A program made the translations under genes and the position numbers. Below the pieces are notes generated by a model, which made no database searches, was not told where the DNA came from, and saw nothing but the letters and a program-made list of their open reading frames with translations. This document shows, piece by piece, positions 15,001 through 29,337 of a DNA stretch of 64,000 bases (within the stretch, counting starts at the first letter, position 1; each line of letters opens with the position of its first letter). The stretch spans positions 1,735,873 to 1,799,872 of the forward strand of contig NW_018405342.1 in NCBI RefSeq assembly GCF_002113885.1, written 5' to 3'. This DNA comes from Mizuhopecten yessoensis (taxonomy: Eukaryota).

Positions 15001-17837
15001 GCTTATATATGTACATTTTATACCTACACCGGCATTCTGTATAAATAAGCTCTCTACATTAACTATAAGCGGTAGTGTGATAAGTGAAGTCTTTGTTCCC
15101 CGTACATACGTTTCTAAAGCGCTATAAATTACCATGTTTGCTATCGATCTAACTCTATTGAAAAAATTGGTGTGCAATGTTAGTTTGTGAAATTGCATAA
15201 GTACTCTCTAGGTTTGTTAATAGTGCTCGGATCGACGATCAAATAGTTTCAATTTGCCGGAATTTTTTTAACGAATGTGTGAAAAGCAAATGATTTGCTC
15301 ACCAGCGATTCAATAAATATATCTATTTAAAGAACGTCAATACTCTGCCATTTTTGACCGAGGAAGTATTCCCATTTCATTTAAATACTAACATAGGCTT
15401 TAAAATGTGTATTGCCTGTTCGTTATTGAAAGTATAGAAAAATCAATTCAGGGGAATGCTAGTACAGAATGAGTATCGATTCACCCAGAACCTGTCGTGA
15501 ATGCGACTGCGACAATGCATTGAGGATCGAGCCAGCGTTTTATTTCGGGGATCTCTGTCTGCATTAAAGGAATTTGACGTGTGGCAATACTGTTGATAAC
15601 TGATACTACTGTATGTGCTCAGAATTCGCGAGGACATAAACTTACGAAGACATCGACTCGTTAGGTTATATATACATTTGCACTTCATTCGTGGTGGTAG
15701 TTTTGTATGACGTATGCATCTGTAACTGTTCTCGTGATACTTCGCAATAGATATATACCGTGAGGCGGGGTTAAACGTGAGGTAGAGCTCAACGGGGGTA
15801 GACAAATATGTACAAGATTGGCAGGGAGTTACTGCCAAAACAACCCTTAAAGACAGAAACGAGAAAGAAATGTTTAAACTGATAACAGGAAAATAACAAT
15901 TAAGAGTGAAAAAAGGGAAACAAGAGAGATTTTTTTATATTAGGAAGTGTAAGAAAAAATGAGTGAACACGCAAAGGACGGATAGGGAATAGTAATACAT
16001 AAAGAAAATGAACCATAAAAAATGGGGAATAAGGGAAGATGGAAAATGGGAGCAGAATATTTCATGCACTGTTTATTAATTTGATAGCCTACATCGTAAG
16101 TAATAACCGAATAAAAAAGACACCAAACAATGGCGAATAAGTTATAGAGGAGGGAAAATTGGGGGTGGGGATGGGGGATGGGGGAGGACACAAAGGTAGA
16201 AAGAAGAACATAAATATAAAAAATAATTAAAGGAAAAGGGACGGGGACAACAGATAAAGAAATGGTAAAATGGAAGGAAAAAATATAATAATAAAGAATT
16301 TGTAAAAATGAATTTTTAATATAAGATAAAATTAATTTATCAAAATCAACCCAGACCACAACGAGAACTACGAGAACTAAGGAGACACCAAAGGGAAAGG
16401 GAAAAACATCATAAACTCGCACAGAAACCTGGAGCTATTTAAGATGTTTCGGAAGGGTAAGCGTGTTTTTTTTTTACACAGAAGGCGACACCGGACATGT
16501 TTTCTCCTGCAAAATCCAGGAAAGCGTTTAGATATAAGACAATAAACAAATTGTAAACAAAGTTTTAATCAGTGAAGATTAAGGTAAACTTTATAAACAG
16601 GAAATTTCATCCTCTGTGTATTTTTTCTAGCTTTCATCGCAGTTTTAATCAAAATCAGTCTAGTTTTTTAGAAATCAATATCTATTTATATCTATGTTTT
16701 CATGTTTTAGAATAAGAGGACTGAAGTTCCAAATCTTCGACACGATTCAAATGTAGCCTGAGAAATGATTTGCAGAATTCAAGCGTTTTAACGTACGCTG
16801 GTTTTGACAATGATGGCATTCCAATGAAATTAAGGCATTGAGAGACTTGAATAGGCTATTTCTGTTGTTCAATGAACAATGAAATATTCTTAAAGTGAAA
16901 TTCTATGTTCATCCATTTGAATTAGGCCACTATCGTTTTAAGTATGTCTTTGACCACGGTTATAATCATTGTCAAAATCCAGCATATTTAAAGCATTTAA
17001 TTTTGGCTTTGTTGAACAAAGAGGGATATATGCAAAAACCCGTTATTGTAAGGGTTATTGAAAAAAATGGGGCTCAAATACAAGTTGTGCTAGTCTACTT
17101 CAGAGTTTTTATTTCATACATCAAATGATGTATACAGCCTATAGAAAATGCAAATTGCTCACATTGTCCAAGAAGCCTTTTACATTAGATTTTGACATAA
17201 TAACTTCTATTGGAAGACAATGGTTGCCAATTGCTTTGTCACTTGGTACGACTACGTAACTGTTATTGAAGTTGAGAATATTCTTTTTACACCAATATTA
17301 CGTCAAAAAAAACCCAATACATTAAAGGGAATATACAGTCTAATGATATGTATGTTTTAGCTGTTAGCTGAAGAAGAATGAAAGACTGAAGAGCATGGAA
17401 TGGCGATATCTCCAAGCACAACAAAAACAGCATGGAACGAAAGAATACAGACCAAAGCCTGGCATAGCTGTTGTTTAAGACAAAACAAAAGTGTACTATA
17501 AATCTGGATTGTCACCATTTAAATTATATAAACCAAGGCACATATGTACATTCCAAATTATAAGAAAGGTAAAAGACGTTTTCTTTGAAATATTTGAAGG
17601 CAGAAAAATCCCCCAAGGTTCGAAGTATGGGACTAATTTCAAGTTAGCTCAGTCAGTAAGTTGACTTTACAAATTGTGAAAACCGAAGAGGGATCATTGT
17701 GACATTTGTTATCTCATACGTGACGGCAAAAGACTAAAACGGATACCAAACAGCATCAGCAATAAACTAGAACCGGAGTTGTAAAAGCATATTTAATCAG
17801 ATGTTTGTGTCAAGAACTTATATTGTAGATAAACCAT

Positions 17838-18000
17838 ATTACAAAGTCTTATCCTTAATTAAAAGGTTTTATTTCCGGTCTATTATTACAAAGGTGTAAC
17901 CCTGTTCAAGCTTTGTTTCTGGTCTATTATTACAAAGTTGTAACCCTGTTCAAGCTTTGTTTCCGGTCTATTATTACAAAGTTGAATCATATTAAAATGT
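17838..18000 (+). repeat. ~160-bp direct repeat, copy 1 (built from ~42-bp subunits)
   Basis: attacaaagtcttatccttaatt...ggtctattattacaaagttgtaaccctgttcaagctttgtttcc recurs nearly identically at 22798-22960. Confidence 0.85.
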
Positions 18001-18543
18001 TGTTCCAAGTGGTAAAAGCATATTTAATTAGATGTTTCTGTCAAGAACTTATATTGTAGATAAAGAAAACAATAGTGTATTATCCTTATTTTTAGACTTC
18101 AAAGCATCTTTCGGCATTGTTCAATAGAAATCACAGCATGCTATATATATTTCTTTTGCAAAAGTCCTAGAATATCTACTGTCCGATAAGAGTCACCAAT
18201 GTATATATACGGAAAGATCAGGAGTATACATTATCTGTGAACGTGTAAAAAATTGTAGAGAATGGTCGAGGATCACAACTATGAATCGAAACGTACTCCC
18301 TTGGGAACAAATGGGTAAAAAGAGAACGGTCAACTGCGAGAACTTTTGAAGAAGTCGGATAGAGGAAGATGGAAAACTAGAGATAACAAGTGGTTAGCCC
18401 TATTTTCGTCGAGGATTTACAACCGTAATAGATATATAGACACAGGAAAGAGAACGTTCAATTAAACAAAGAGGCCAACAGGTGGTGCTTCAACTAATGT
18501 TAAGTGTCCGCGACGGTCTTCCTACGCTATGACTTTTTCAGTT

Positions 18544-21500
18544 CTATTCAAACTTGAAAGACAGTTTAGAGATAATAATAGAGGACGATTTAGAGAGCAG
18601 TACGGAGAACAGTTTAGAGAGAAGTATGTAGAACAGTTTAGAGAGAAGGATGTAGAACAGTTTAGAGAGAAGGATGTAGACCAGTTTAGAGAGAAGTATG
18701 TAGAACAGTTTAGAGAGACGGATGTAGAACAGTTTAGAGAGAAGGATGTAGAACCGTTTAGAGAGAAGGATGTAGAACAGTTTAGAGAGAAGTATGTAGA
18801 ACACTATTCAAACTTGAAAGACAGTTTAGAGATAATAATAGAGGACGATTTAGAGAGCAGTACAGAGAACAGTTTAGAGAGAAGTATGTAGAACAGTCTA
18901 GAGAGAAGTATGTAGAACAGTTTAGAGAGAAGCATGTAGAACAGTTTAGAGAGAAGTATGTAGAACGGTTTAGAGAGAAGTATTGAGAACGGTTTAGAGA
19001 GAAGGATGTAGAACAGTTTAGAGAGAAGGATGTAGAACAGTTTAGAGAGAAGTATGTAGAACGGTTTAGAGAGAAGTATTGAGAACGGTTTAGAGAGAAG
19101 GATGTAGAACAGTTTAGAGAGAAGTATGGAGTATAGAGAACGGTTTAGACATAAGCATGGAGAGCAGGTTAGAATGATGTATAGAGAACAGTTTAGAGAG
19201 AAGTATTGAGAACAGTTTAGGGATAAATATGGATAACAGTTTACAGATAAGTATAGATAACAGATTAGAGAAAGGTATAGAGAACGGTTTAGAGAGAAGT
19301 ATAGAGGACAGTTTAGAGAGAAGTATGGAGAACGGTTTAGAAAGAAGTATAGAGAACAGTTTAGAGAGAAGTATAGAGAACGGTTTAGAGAGAAGTATAG
19401 AGGACAGTTTAGAGAGAAGTATGGAGAACGGTTTAGAAAGAAGTATAGAGAACAGTTTAGAGAGAAGTATAGAGAACGGTTTAGAGAGAAGTATAGAGGA
19501 CAGTTTAGAGAGAAGTATGGAGAACGGTTTAGAAAGAAGTATAGAGAACAGTTTAGAGAGAAGTATAGAGAACGGTTTAGAGAGAAGTATAGAGGACAGT
19601 TTAGAGAGAAGTATGGAGAACGGTTTAGAAAGAAGTATAGAGAACAGTTTAGAGAGAAGTATAGAGAACGGTTTAGAGAGAAGTATAGAGGACAGTTTAG
19701 AGAGAAGTATGGAGAACGGTTTAGAAAGAAGTATAGAGAACAGTTTAGAGAGAAGTATAGAGAATGATTTAGAGAGATGAATGGGGAATAGTTTAGAGAT
19801 AAGTATAGAGAACAGTATAGAGAGATGTATGGAGAATAGTTTAGAGAGAAGTATGGAGAACAGTTCAGAGAGAAGTATAGAGAATAGTTTAGAGAGAAGT
19901 ATGGAGAACAGTGAAGAGAGAAGTATGGAGAACGGTCTAGAGAGAAGTATAGAGAATAGTTTAGAGAGAAGTATGGAGAACAGTGAAGAGAGAAGTTTAG
20001 AGAGAAGTATGGAGAACAGTCTAGAGAGAAGTATAGAGAATAGTTTAGAGAGAAGTATGGAGAACAGTTCAGAGAGAAGTATAGAGAATAGTTTAGAGAG
20101 AAGTATGGAGAACAGTTCAGAGAGAAGTATAGAGAATAGTTTAGAGAGAAGTATCGAGAACAGTTTAGAGAGAAGTATGGAGAACAGTTTAGAGAGAAGG
20201 ATGGAGAACAGTGAAGAGAGAAGTATGGAGAACAGTGAAGAGAGAAGTTTAGAGAGAAGTATGGAGAACAATTTGGAGAGAAGTATAGAGAATAGTTTAG
20301 AGAGAAGGATCGAGAACAGTTTAGAGAGAAGTATGGAGAACAGTGAAGAGAGAAGTATGGAGAACGGTCTAGAGAGAAGTATAGAGAATAGTTTAGAGAG
20401 AAGTATCGAGAACAGTTTAGAGAGAAGTATGGAGAACAGTCTAGAGAGAAGTATAGAGAATAGTTTAGAGAGAAGTATGGAGAACAGTTTAGAGCGAAGT
20501 ATCAAACAGTTCAGAGAGAAGTGTGGAGAACAGTTTAGAGAGAAGTATGTAGAACAGTCTAGAGAGAAGTATGTAGAACAGTTTAGAGAGAAGCATGTAG
20601 AACAGTTTAGAGAGAAGTATGTAGAACAGTCTAGAGAGAAGTATGTAGAACAGTTTAGAGAGAAGTATATAGAACGGTTTAGAGAGAAGTATTGAGAACG
20701 GTTTAGAGAGAAGGATGTAGAACAGTTTAGAGAGAAGGGTGTAGAAAAGTTTAGAGAGAAGGATGTAGAACAGTTTAGAGAGAAGGATGTAGACCAGTTT
20801 AGAGAGAAGTATGTAGAACAGTTTAGAGAGAAGTATGTAGAACGGTTTAGAGAGAAGTATTGAGAACGGTTTAGAGAGAAGGATGTAGAACAGTTTAGAG
20901 AGAAGGATGTAGAACAGTTTAGAGAGAAGGATGTAGAACAGTTTAGAGAGAAGTATGTAGAACAGTTTAGAGAGAAGTATGGAGAACAGTTTAGAGAGAA
21001 GTATGGAGAACAGTGAAGAGAGAAGTATGGAGAACGGTCTAGAGAGAAGTATAGAGAATAGTTTAGAGAGAAGTATCGAGAACAGTTTAGATAGCAGTAT
21101 TGAGAACAGTTTAGAGAGAAGTATCGAGAACAGTTTAGATAGCAGTATGTAGAACAGTTTAGAGAGAAGTATCGAGAACAGTTTAGATAGCAGTATTGAG
21201 AACAGTTTAGAGAGAAGTATCGAGAACAGTTCAGAGAGAAGTATGGAAAACAGTTTAGAGAGAAGTATGGAGAACAGTTTAGAGATAAGTATGGAGAACA
21301 GTCTAGAGAGAAGTATAGAGAATAGTTTAGAGAGAAGTATGGAGAACAGTTTAGAGCGAAGTATCGAGAACAGTTCAGAGAGAAGTGTGGAAAACAGTTT
21401 AGAGAGAAGTATGGAGAACAGTGAAGAGAGAAGTTTAGAGAGAAGTATGGAGAACAGTTTAGAGAGAAGTATGGAGAACAGTGAAGAGAGAAGTATGGAG

Positions 21501-22290
21501 AACAGTGAAGAGAGAAGTTTAGAGAGAAGTATAGAGTATAGTTTAGAGAGAAGTATGGAGAACAGTTTAGAGAGAAGTATAGAGAATGGTTTAGAGAGAA
21601 GTATCGAGAACAGTTTAGAGAGAAGTATAGAGAACAGTTCAGAGAGAAGTAAGGAGAACAGTTTAGAGAGAAGTATAGAGAATAGTTTAGAGAGAAGTAT
21701 GGTGAACAGTTTAGAGAGAAGTATCGAGAACAGTTTAGAGAGAAGTATGTAGAACAGTTTAGAGAGAAGTATGGAGAACAGTGAAGAGAGAGGTTTAGAG
21801 AGAAGTATGGAAAACAGTTTAGAGAGAAGTATGGAGAACAGTTTAGAGAGAAGTATAGAGAACAGTTTAGAGAGAAGTATCGATAACAGTTTAGAGAGAA
21901 GTATGGAGAACAGTGAAGAGAGAAGTTTAGAGAGAAGTATAGAGTATAGTTTAGAGAGAAGTATGGAGAACAGTTTAGAGAGAAGTATAGAGAACAGTTT
22001 AGAGAGAAGTATAGAGAATAGTTTAGACAGAAGTATAGAGAACAGTTTAGAGAGAAGTATGGAGAACAGTTTAGAGAGAAGTATCGAGAACAGTTTAGAG
22101 AGAAGTATCGAGAACAGTTTAGAGAGAAGTATAGAGAACAGTTTAGAGAGAAGTATGGAGAACAGTCTAGAGAGAAGTATAGAGAATAGTTTAGAGAGAA
22201 GTATGGAGAACAGTTCAGAGAGAAGTATAGAGAATAGTTTAGAGAGAAGTATTGAGAACAGTTTAGAGAGAAGTATGGAGAATAGTTTAT
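18544..22290. repeat. 24-bp tandem satellite (consensus gagaacagtttagagagaagtat[a/g]), roughly 150 units, with higher-order structure
   Basis: Directly visible tandem array. 8-aa periodicity in all ORF-track frames (ENSLERSM / EQFREKYV / YFSLNCSP). Confidence 0.98.
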
Positions 22291-22797
22291 AACAGTGTGT
22301 CTGATTGAATGATACTGGTCAGTCACATGACGGGGCAATAAGCCATCATGTCGATCTCACATGCTCAAGTTTCCTCGATTATATTTTCTTCGGAACCTCT
22401 CTAGAAAAAAATGGCAAGAGCCTATAATTGGCACAACTTAGTTCCGAATGACGGAAGCAGGCGACAACTACACGTATAGAGATGAGGTATAATACTTAGT
22501 AATTTAGAGAAAAAAAGATTCGTGAAGAAAAATATGAAAACAGTTTAGAAACACAGCAGAGGAAAACGAATGAAGAGTGGTATAATAAAGGAGTAATATA
22601 AAAGTTTGGAGAACAATGTAATAAATTGTATATAGAACAGTATATAGAATAGTTCGGAGAACAACATAGGAAACAAACCATTTACAATACATACAGATTA
22701 GAGTCACGATATAATTTGTAAAAGGATACGTTGATGATGAAATTCAGTAGCAACGACGTAACTGTTTGTTGTTGTTTGTGTCTTGTTTAAGACTCTG

Positions 22798-22960
22798 ATT
22801 ACAAAGTCTTATCCTTAATTAAAGGTTTTATTTTCGGTCTATTATTAAAAAGGTGTAACCCTGTTCAAGCTTTGTTTCCGGTCTATTATTACAAAGTTGT
22901 AACCCTGTTCAAGCTTTGTTTCCGGTCTATCATATTAAAAGTTGAACCATGTTGAAATGT
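22798..22960 (+). repeat. ~160-bp direct repeat, copy 2
   Basis: Near-identical to 17838-18000. Confidence 0.85.
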
Positions 22961-23865
22961 CTGTTTCCTGTCTATGTTTTACCTTATACGGTAACGCCTA
23001 TCGACGTCAATATCCTACCAATCACAGTCGTAATTTATTTACCTGTAGGTGGAGCCAATCTGCTGTCTGTCGATTCACTCAAACACATATATGACTCTAA
23101 TTAATATTCGGACCTGATGCGTGAAAAGTTCCCAATCCATACTATTCACAAAATATTATTAATTATCCCCAGTGCAAATAATTGATTAAGACACATAATG
23201 TCATCGTCTCCATGCTGATAACAAGGAAATTCGTGTTATCAGTAGCCATTAAGCTTTCGGTCGGGGTAGTAAATTGTTGCTGTGTGGCTATGGGTGTTTT
23301 ATGTGTGTACATCTTATCAAGAGGCGTTGTTAAGTACATACAGACAAATAAAATCAATAACTGTGCACCGTTACGTAATTCAGTTGCACTATTTGTTTTG
23401 GGTTGTTTATAAACTGTTATAAAATATATATCAATCATTTTAAAATGTGCGAAAACAATTATGTAATAAATATGGGCGCGGTACTGAGCAAACAAAAATT
23501 GATAAGCGAGATTTTTGAATATAATTGATTGCAAAAAAAGAGATAGCAGCTCTTAAATGACAGGAAACTTAACAATCACCACTTTATTAGTGAAACTGTT
23601 GGTTCCGGCTACGATTTATAATTCCCCACGCAATCAGTAACATACTTGCACTGATAGAATCAAGGAATATTAAGCTACTGAAAGGACTACAATCGACTAG
23701 GTATAGCGGGAATGATGTTCGTTATTTCAGAAACATTATTACATGTTTCGATATTTTTCTATTTCCAATAGATAAATCACCATCGAATCGATTTAGACAA
23801 TAATCCAGAGTTTTTTTAACATCTGTAAGAAGGGAGGTAACTCTTATATTGGCAACTGTCGTCCT

Positions 23866-24069
23866 GGGCCGTTTTCGGTTAAACGGTTGAACCGGTCAGA
23901 CCACTGTTGTTCGTTATTAAATTGGTCGGACCGAGACTAGTAATCTGATGCCGCTTTCAGGCGAGACTTGACAAAGCCTCGTAAGGCCTGCATAAACATT
24001 TGCAGGTCCGCCAGGATTTATACCCGAAATTGATACAATTACGTTGTTTTGCATAAACGAACAGGCCCC
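23866..24069. mobile_element. MITE with GGGCC termini (Harbinger-like), copy 1
   Basis: gggccgttttcggttaaac...ataaacgaacaggccc. The internal sequence is repeated at 26298-26488. Confidence 0.65.
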
Positions 24070-25437
24070 AGTAGACTGAATTAAAACCAGTATATATTGT
24101 GATCATGTTCGAAGCCTGGACTAGGGTCGGATGCAATTGTACCTGGAGTTAGGGTTGGGTTGAGGGGATGGCGAGTGTACCTCCCCATGAAATTTTCAAG
24201 ATACATTGTTTCTATTGACGCGGTTGGCTGACCTTATCTGGACCTGTCATGCTTAAAGTTCTATAGTTTCAACGGGCTTCGATTTTTGTATGATTTTTTA
24301 ATACTGTGAGAATGACCGCACAGTGAACCCGTGTTTACTGAAAGATTCCAAAATAATTAGTACACTTTAAGAATTTAATGTAAAAATGGTTTAAAAATAC
24401 TGTACTTAGTGTATAATGTTACAGGCAACTCGATACGATACACAAGAAAGTATCACGACACGATACGAGTTATTGTTTTAGCCCTAATACACGTACTGTG
24501 TATTATATTGCATTTCTTTAAGTCCGAAGAAGAGGAATGTCAAACCCTAGCCCTACTTTAACTCTAAGACTCTTAACATTAGGATCGGTCATTTAAAAAA
24601 GATTTGACGATCAGATCGGTCCATTGTAAAACATTATCAAATGAAATCACTGCATGGTCCCGAATCTACAGCAGTGATATTATTTTGTTTTATTTATGCT
24701 AAATCGAGAACAGGCACTAATATTATAAACATATTGATTCATGGTTGAATCTGCAATTAATTATATAGCAAACACATGATCACTGACTTTTAACTCGAAA
24801 CCGGAAGTGCTATTTTAGAGTGTGTTTCCACATCGTTAAGGTTTCCTTCCGTATAGAAACACCCATAGAGGAATGTCGACTGACATAGATAGACAAATAT
24901 GTCATGTAAATAAATTGTACTTACCGTAGTCTTGTGTGTATGCACGCGAAACTCACAGCATCATCTAACGTTATCTGTGTTACGCAAGCAGGAAAACACG
25001 ATGGTGGAGTCAACAATAGCAATGACGTCATACGTATTGTCACGTCATGGTCCTCGCAACCATTCATACGAGATTTGATGTGTGCTAAAATTAGATTATT
25101 TGATACGTGGAATTAATTTAACATAGTGTATGGCAGGTTATGACTTCAAGCGCCTGTTATTCGCAGATAAGCAGTCAGATCAAGGCATTTTGTTAATATT
25201 GCTTAGAATTTAACAAAATTATTTCGGAACTTGTTTCCTTATTAAAAGCAAGAACATAAAATTCTTATACTGGTCGGGTTATTCGAAGCCGGGTTAGCTA
25301 ACAAACTTTGAAAAAAAAAAAAAAAAAATGTATTTCTGTTTATTTGTCTTTGAACAGTAATTTATGTAATTTTAGCTTTGAGTTTTTGTTGAGTTGTCAT
25401 GTATTAAGCTGATCAAGCTTTCAACGACTGGGACATG

Positions 25438-25690
25438 GGCCCGTTTTCATAAAACCGTTCTCATGCTCAACCCCAGATTATTGTACAGTGAGTGATAGGT
25501 TAATAAAAAGTCATATTTTGTCAATATTGTACAAGAAATTTGGAAAGAATTTAAGCCGAATACTGTTTTCAATGTTTACAATTGGCTTTTTGACTATATA
25601 TATGTTTCAAGATTTAAGAGAGTTACAAGAAAGCCGGCTAGAGAACAGAATTCATGCTTGAGCATGAGAACAGTTTCATGAACACGGGCC
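25438..25690. mobile_element. MITE with 33-bp TIRs (GGCCC termini, Harbinger-like)
   Basis: Left ggcccgttttcataaaaccgttctcatgctcaa versus right ttgagcatgagaacagtttcatgaacacgggcc (30/33 complementary). Same TIR as 51990-52192. Confidence 0.8.
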
Positions 25691-26297
25691 GATGGCTCAG
25701 ATAGTGAAATTGATTTTCATTTAATTTGATAATCAGAAACCATGTATTTATCTCCAGAAATGACAGTAGTATCCTAGAATAAGTTATAATAAGGTGTTTT
25801 TTAAAGAAAAGTGACAAACACCTTATATATGTATGTGAATTTAGCACGACAAGGGAGGTAACTGCATCAGTTTTGGAAAACTTTGAAATACAGTGTATTT
25901 GGAAAAAATCATATAGATAGAAATATCAATTGAAAATATTTAATTTTAACTTACCGTTCTTTAAATATATAAAAAAACAAAACAATTGAAAGATGTCTAA
26001 GAACGAAAATAAAATACATGAATTATACATCCTGGTGAGTTGTTCTTTAATAATCGCATCAAAATGGAGTTTTTGAGGTATTTATCGTTTTATGATAAAT
26101 TAAAATAGAAATATATTTTCCCAAAGAAAATGAAATGACGTATATGCCATATATTTATCAACTATTCTGTGCGTAATAAGGGTAAGCGGTAACTATCGGT
26201 ACCTTCCGTAAAAGGGAAATATCCGGTGTAGGCTTCCATAGATCTCAAGTACCATCTAACCGTCAAAACGATGTGTTCCGAATACTTGGGCGATCAT

Positions 26298-26488
26298 GGG
26301 CCGTTTTCGTTTAAACGGTCAAACCGGTCGGACCACTGTTGTTCGTTTATAAAATAAGGTCGGACCTAGTAGTATTATGCTGCTTTCAGGCGAGCCTTGA
26401 CAAAGTCTTGCAAGGCCTGCATAAACATTTGCAGGTCCGGCTGGATAAACGGTCAAACCGGTTGTTCCTCATAAACGAACAAGCTCAG
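26298..26488. mobile_element. MITE with GGGCC terminus, copy 2 of the 23866 family
   Basis: Shares gaccactgttgttcgtt...gctttcaggcgag...aaggcctgcataaacatttgcaggtccg with 23866-24069. Confidence 0.65.
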
Positions 26489-27735
26489 GTAATCGACAAT
26501 AGGGCGTTTTCAAGAATGTTAGATCTAATACAAACCCGAGGTCATGTGTATTTGGTGAGAAAGAAAGTATCATTTTAATTGTTGAAAACCTTAAGAATCG
26601 GTTCAGATGGCAACAAGTTAACAGCATCTTATTGTTTAGTGAAAAACTCACAAAACCTGTTAATTTGTTCACAAAGTAGTAGAATTTGTGTGTTTGGTGA
26701 TCTGTGTGTCAAAAGGATTTTGCCTAATAAATCATCACGAGTGCTTCCCCTTGACACGACTCCGTAAGAGCATACGCGTTCGCTCGTGTAGTTACGCCCT
26801 TATGTCAAACTAAATTATATTCAAAAAACGTGTTTATATATATATATATGCTAACTTAGCAAAATTTGCCGATTCAATACATGAAGTGGTGTATACAACG
26901 ATACATTGTGGAGTTGCTGAAATCGTCGTTCTCATTCTTATTAATCGTTCACTGAATCACACAATCATCAGGTGTAAAGATATGAAATTTCATCCGTGAC
27001 AATATACGTGCAATTATACACTTTGTGCAGCCTGATAGTATGGTACGAAATCGTGAGATCTTTCGGTCCGGAATGTATAACAGCTTGATATATAGCGCTG
27101 ATAAGCTTTACGGCTATGAACATAGTTATTTTTTAACTTTTATATTTCACAATTCTTAATTTAACTCAATGTGTTTATATTTCAACTGACTAGTAGGAAA
27201 AATGGTTAATTCCCTACTATATGATATCTTAAGATCGGGGTAAAACTATTGCCAACTTACATAGTAGGTCGCGAAAAAACCCCGTTACAACTCGGCAGAT
27301 TCTGTATTTATACACAACCTCATCGCTGAGCTCGAGGTTTCGTTTACGGAAAGTGCCGACAGTTCCCGATTGATAATTTCTCTTTTCCAGCTAATAACGA
27401 CGGTTACCGATATACGCAGTGTCTTCAGAGACTATGCAGTACGGTGGCTGATTTGTGCCATTTCCTTGTTTTGTCTTCCCGAGGAACACTTCGCTCTTGT
27501 TGTTTCGATTTTCGTCCCGAAATGATCAGAATCTTAATTTTTGTTTTCATTTCTTTTTCATTTTCATTTCACCGCGGCGAAAAGATTGGAATCAATAAAC
27601 TTAATTCCAATTCTTTTGTCATTTTGGAGAAACAAACTTTAATTCTCATTCTTTCGTCTTTACGCCCAAGCGAAATGGCACTGATCTGGCCACCGTAATT
27701 GACCTTACAATCAAATATCACCGATAAGGGACTAT

Positions 27736-28725
27736 AACAATTAGAGTCCTATTGGCCTTAACAGTCACCTGAGTTGTAATACCACAATTGATATTTGTTG
27801 TCGTGATACTGTCAGAAAAAGAATATAGTAAAATAATAGAATGTAGTAAAATCATCCCCCTCCTCAGAGAGTAATGGATGATCCGGGGGTTGTTGAATTC
27901 ACTTTCAGACCATTCAATGAAGAGGATTTTGATTTTAACATATTTTGTCAGAAGAAGAAGATTGTGGAAATTTTTGCCAATGACCCCCTTTGGCCAAATC
28001 CCTCGAGCCCTAACAATTAGTAAAGTTCGATATTTTCAAACCATCCAACTGCAATCAAGCCATCAAACTCCAAATAAATTTAAATTCTTTCCCCCTGAAA
28101 ATAAATAGTTATAACATTAAGTCTCATTACCTTATATAAATAAAGTAGCTTTACCCCCTTCCCCTATATTTCCCGTCGATAATAAAATTCACAAATTTGA
28201 TAAGGCATCTTCAGACCTTTACATCCATGAAGACCACTTAAACCCAAACTATCTGGGTCCCGTGGAGAAGAGAATTGTTGAACGTTTAGCCAATTTGATC
28301 CCTTTTGGCCCCACCCCTCAGGTAGGTCAGGACCTTCATTTTCATACCATCAAACTGCAATCCCATGTTCATAATTCCAACCAGGTTTAACTTACATTCC
28401 ACTGAAAATAAGTAAAATATATCCAAAAGCGTCCTTCCTCTAGATAAACGATAGTGAACTTTAACCCCTCCCTCCCCTTTGGAAATGGAAGACCCCGGGG
28501 GCCTCGGAATTCACAATTTTGATACAGCACCTTAGGATCTTTCATCCATGAAGAGTATTTGATTCCGGTATATGTTGGTCCCTTAAAAAGAAGATTGTTA
28601 AAGTTTTAGCCAATTTGAATCCTTTTGGCAACACTCATCGGGCCCCAGGGGGCCACGCACGACAACGACACACAAAAGGCAATCGCAACAGGTTAACTGA
28701 GACTTCGGCTTAGGTGACTGAACAA
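27736..28725 (+). mobile_element. Non-autonomous Helentron/HINE-type element with internal tandem subrepeats
   Basis: 5' aacaa...ggccttaacagtcacctgag, 3' degenerate gac-rich tract then ctgagacttcggcttaggtgac hairpin/subterminal inverted repeat. Internal cat(t/c)c(a)atgaaga...tttggcc units near 27910, 28223 and 28542. Family assignment is from recalled bivalve HINE architecture. Confidence 0.6.
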
Positions 28726-29337
28726 TGTTAAAGCAACAAAGTTTCATTTTATACACGAGTTTATTAGTGTAAATTTTATTAACAAGTTAGTAATTTTGAA
28801 CAAATATGGTAAATGTATTATAGATTAAACAAACAATATCTCAATCCCTCGATCTAGGGGTATCACCCCGAGTCGTCCTTCAAATGTGCGCAGACTATGC
28901 ATTGGTTTACAGTAAGAAAAAACAAGTTTTGATTGAAATGTGAACAAGTGTAAAAGACCATTATGAAAATAATTTTGATTAGTATAACGATGTACTGCCA
29001 ATACATCTTGTTACACCTCAAGTGAATTTCTAGCTATTTGATTGGTTGGGAGAAAATTAAACAAACAACCTCTGTCACCCTCCGAAAATACAATGGTTTT
29101 AAGGGGCGCGTGAAATTGCCATGAGACAGTGAAAAATATCACATGCGCGAAAAACATGCGTTCACCGCTTCATTTCCCCACCGTGATGGTCACAAGAACG
29201 TTTGACGGCAACAGCCGATTTTATCAAGCGCCGATGCGATAGCGATTGTAAACAGCAAACTATAAACAAACAAGATGTCATTATCAAGGTTTGCTGCCGT
29301 TTCTGAGCTACAAAGACTTTTGGTGTAACAAAATAGA

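Noticed and set aside
15940-16422. 160-aa hydrophobic ORF
   Set aside because: Low-complexity purine-rich tract read on the pyrimidine strand; no family motif.
18544-22290. CRISPR-like regular repeat array
   Set aside because: Units are contiguous with no unique spacers, no cas genes, eukaryotic context. The same applies to the arrays at 35502, 52240 and 56470.
19114-22338. 1074-aa ORF and overlapping + strand ORFs (ENSLERSM, EQFREKYV)
   Set aside because: Translations of a 24-bp satellite; open in several frames on both strands, frame-switching, no splice context or non-repetitive domain.
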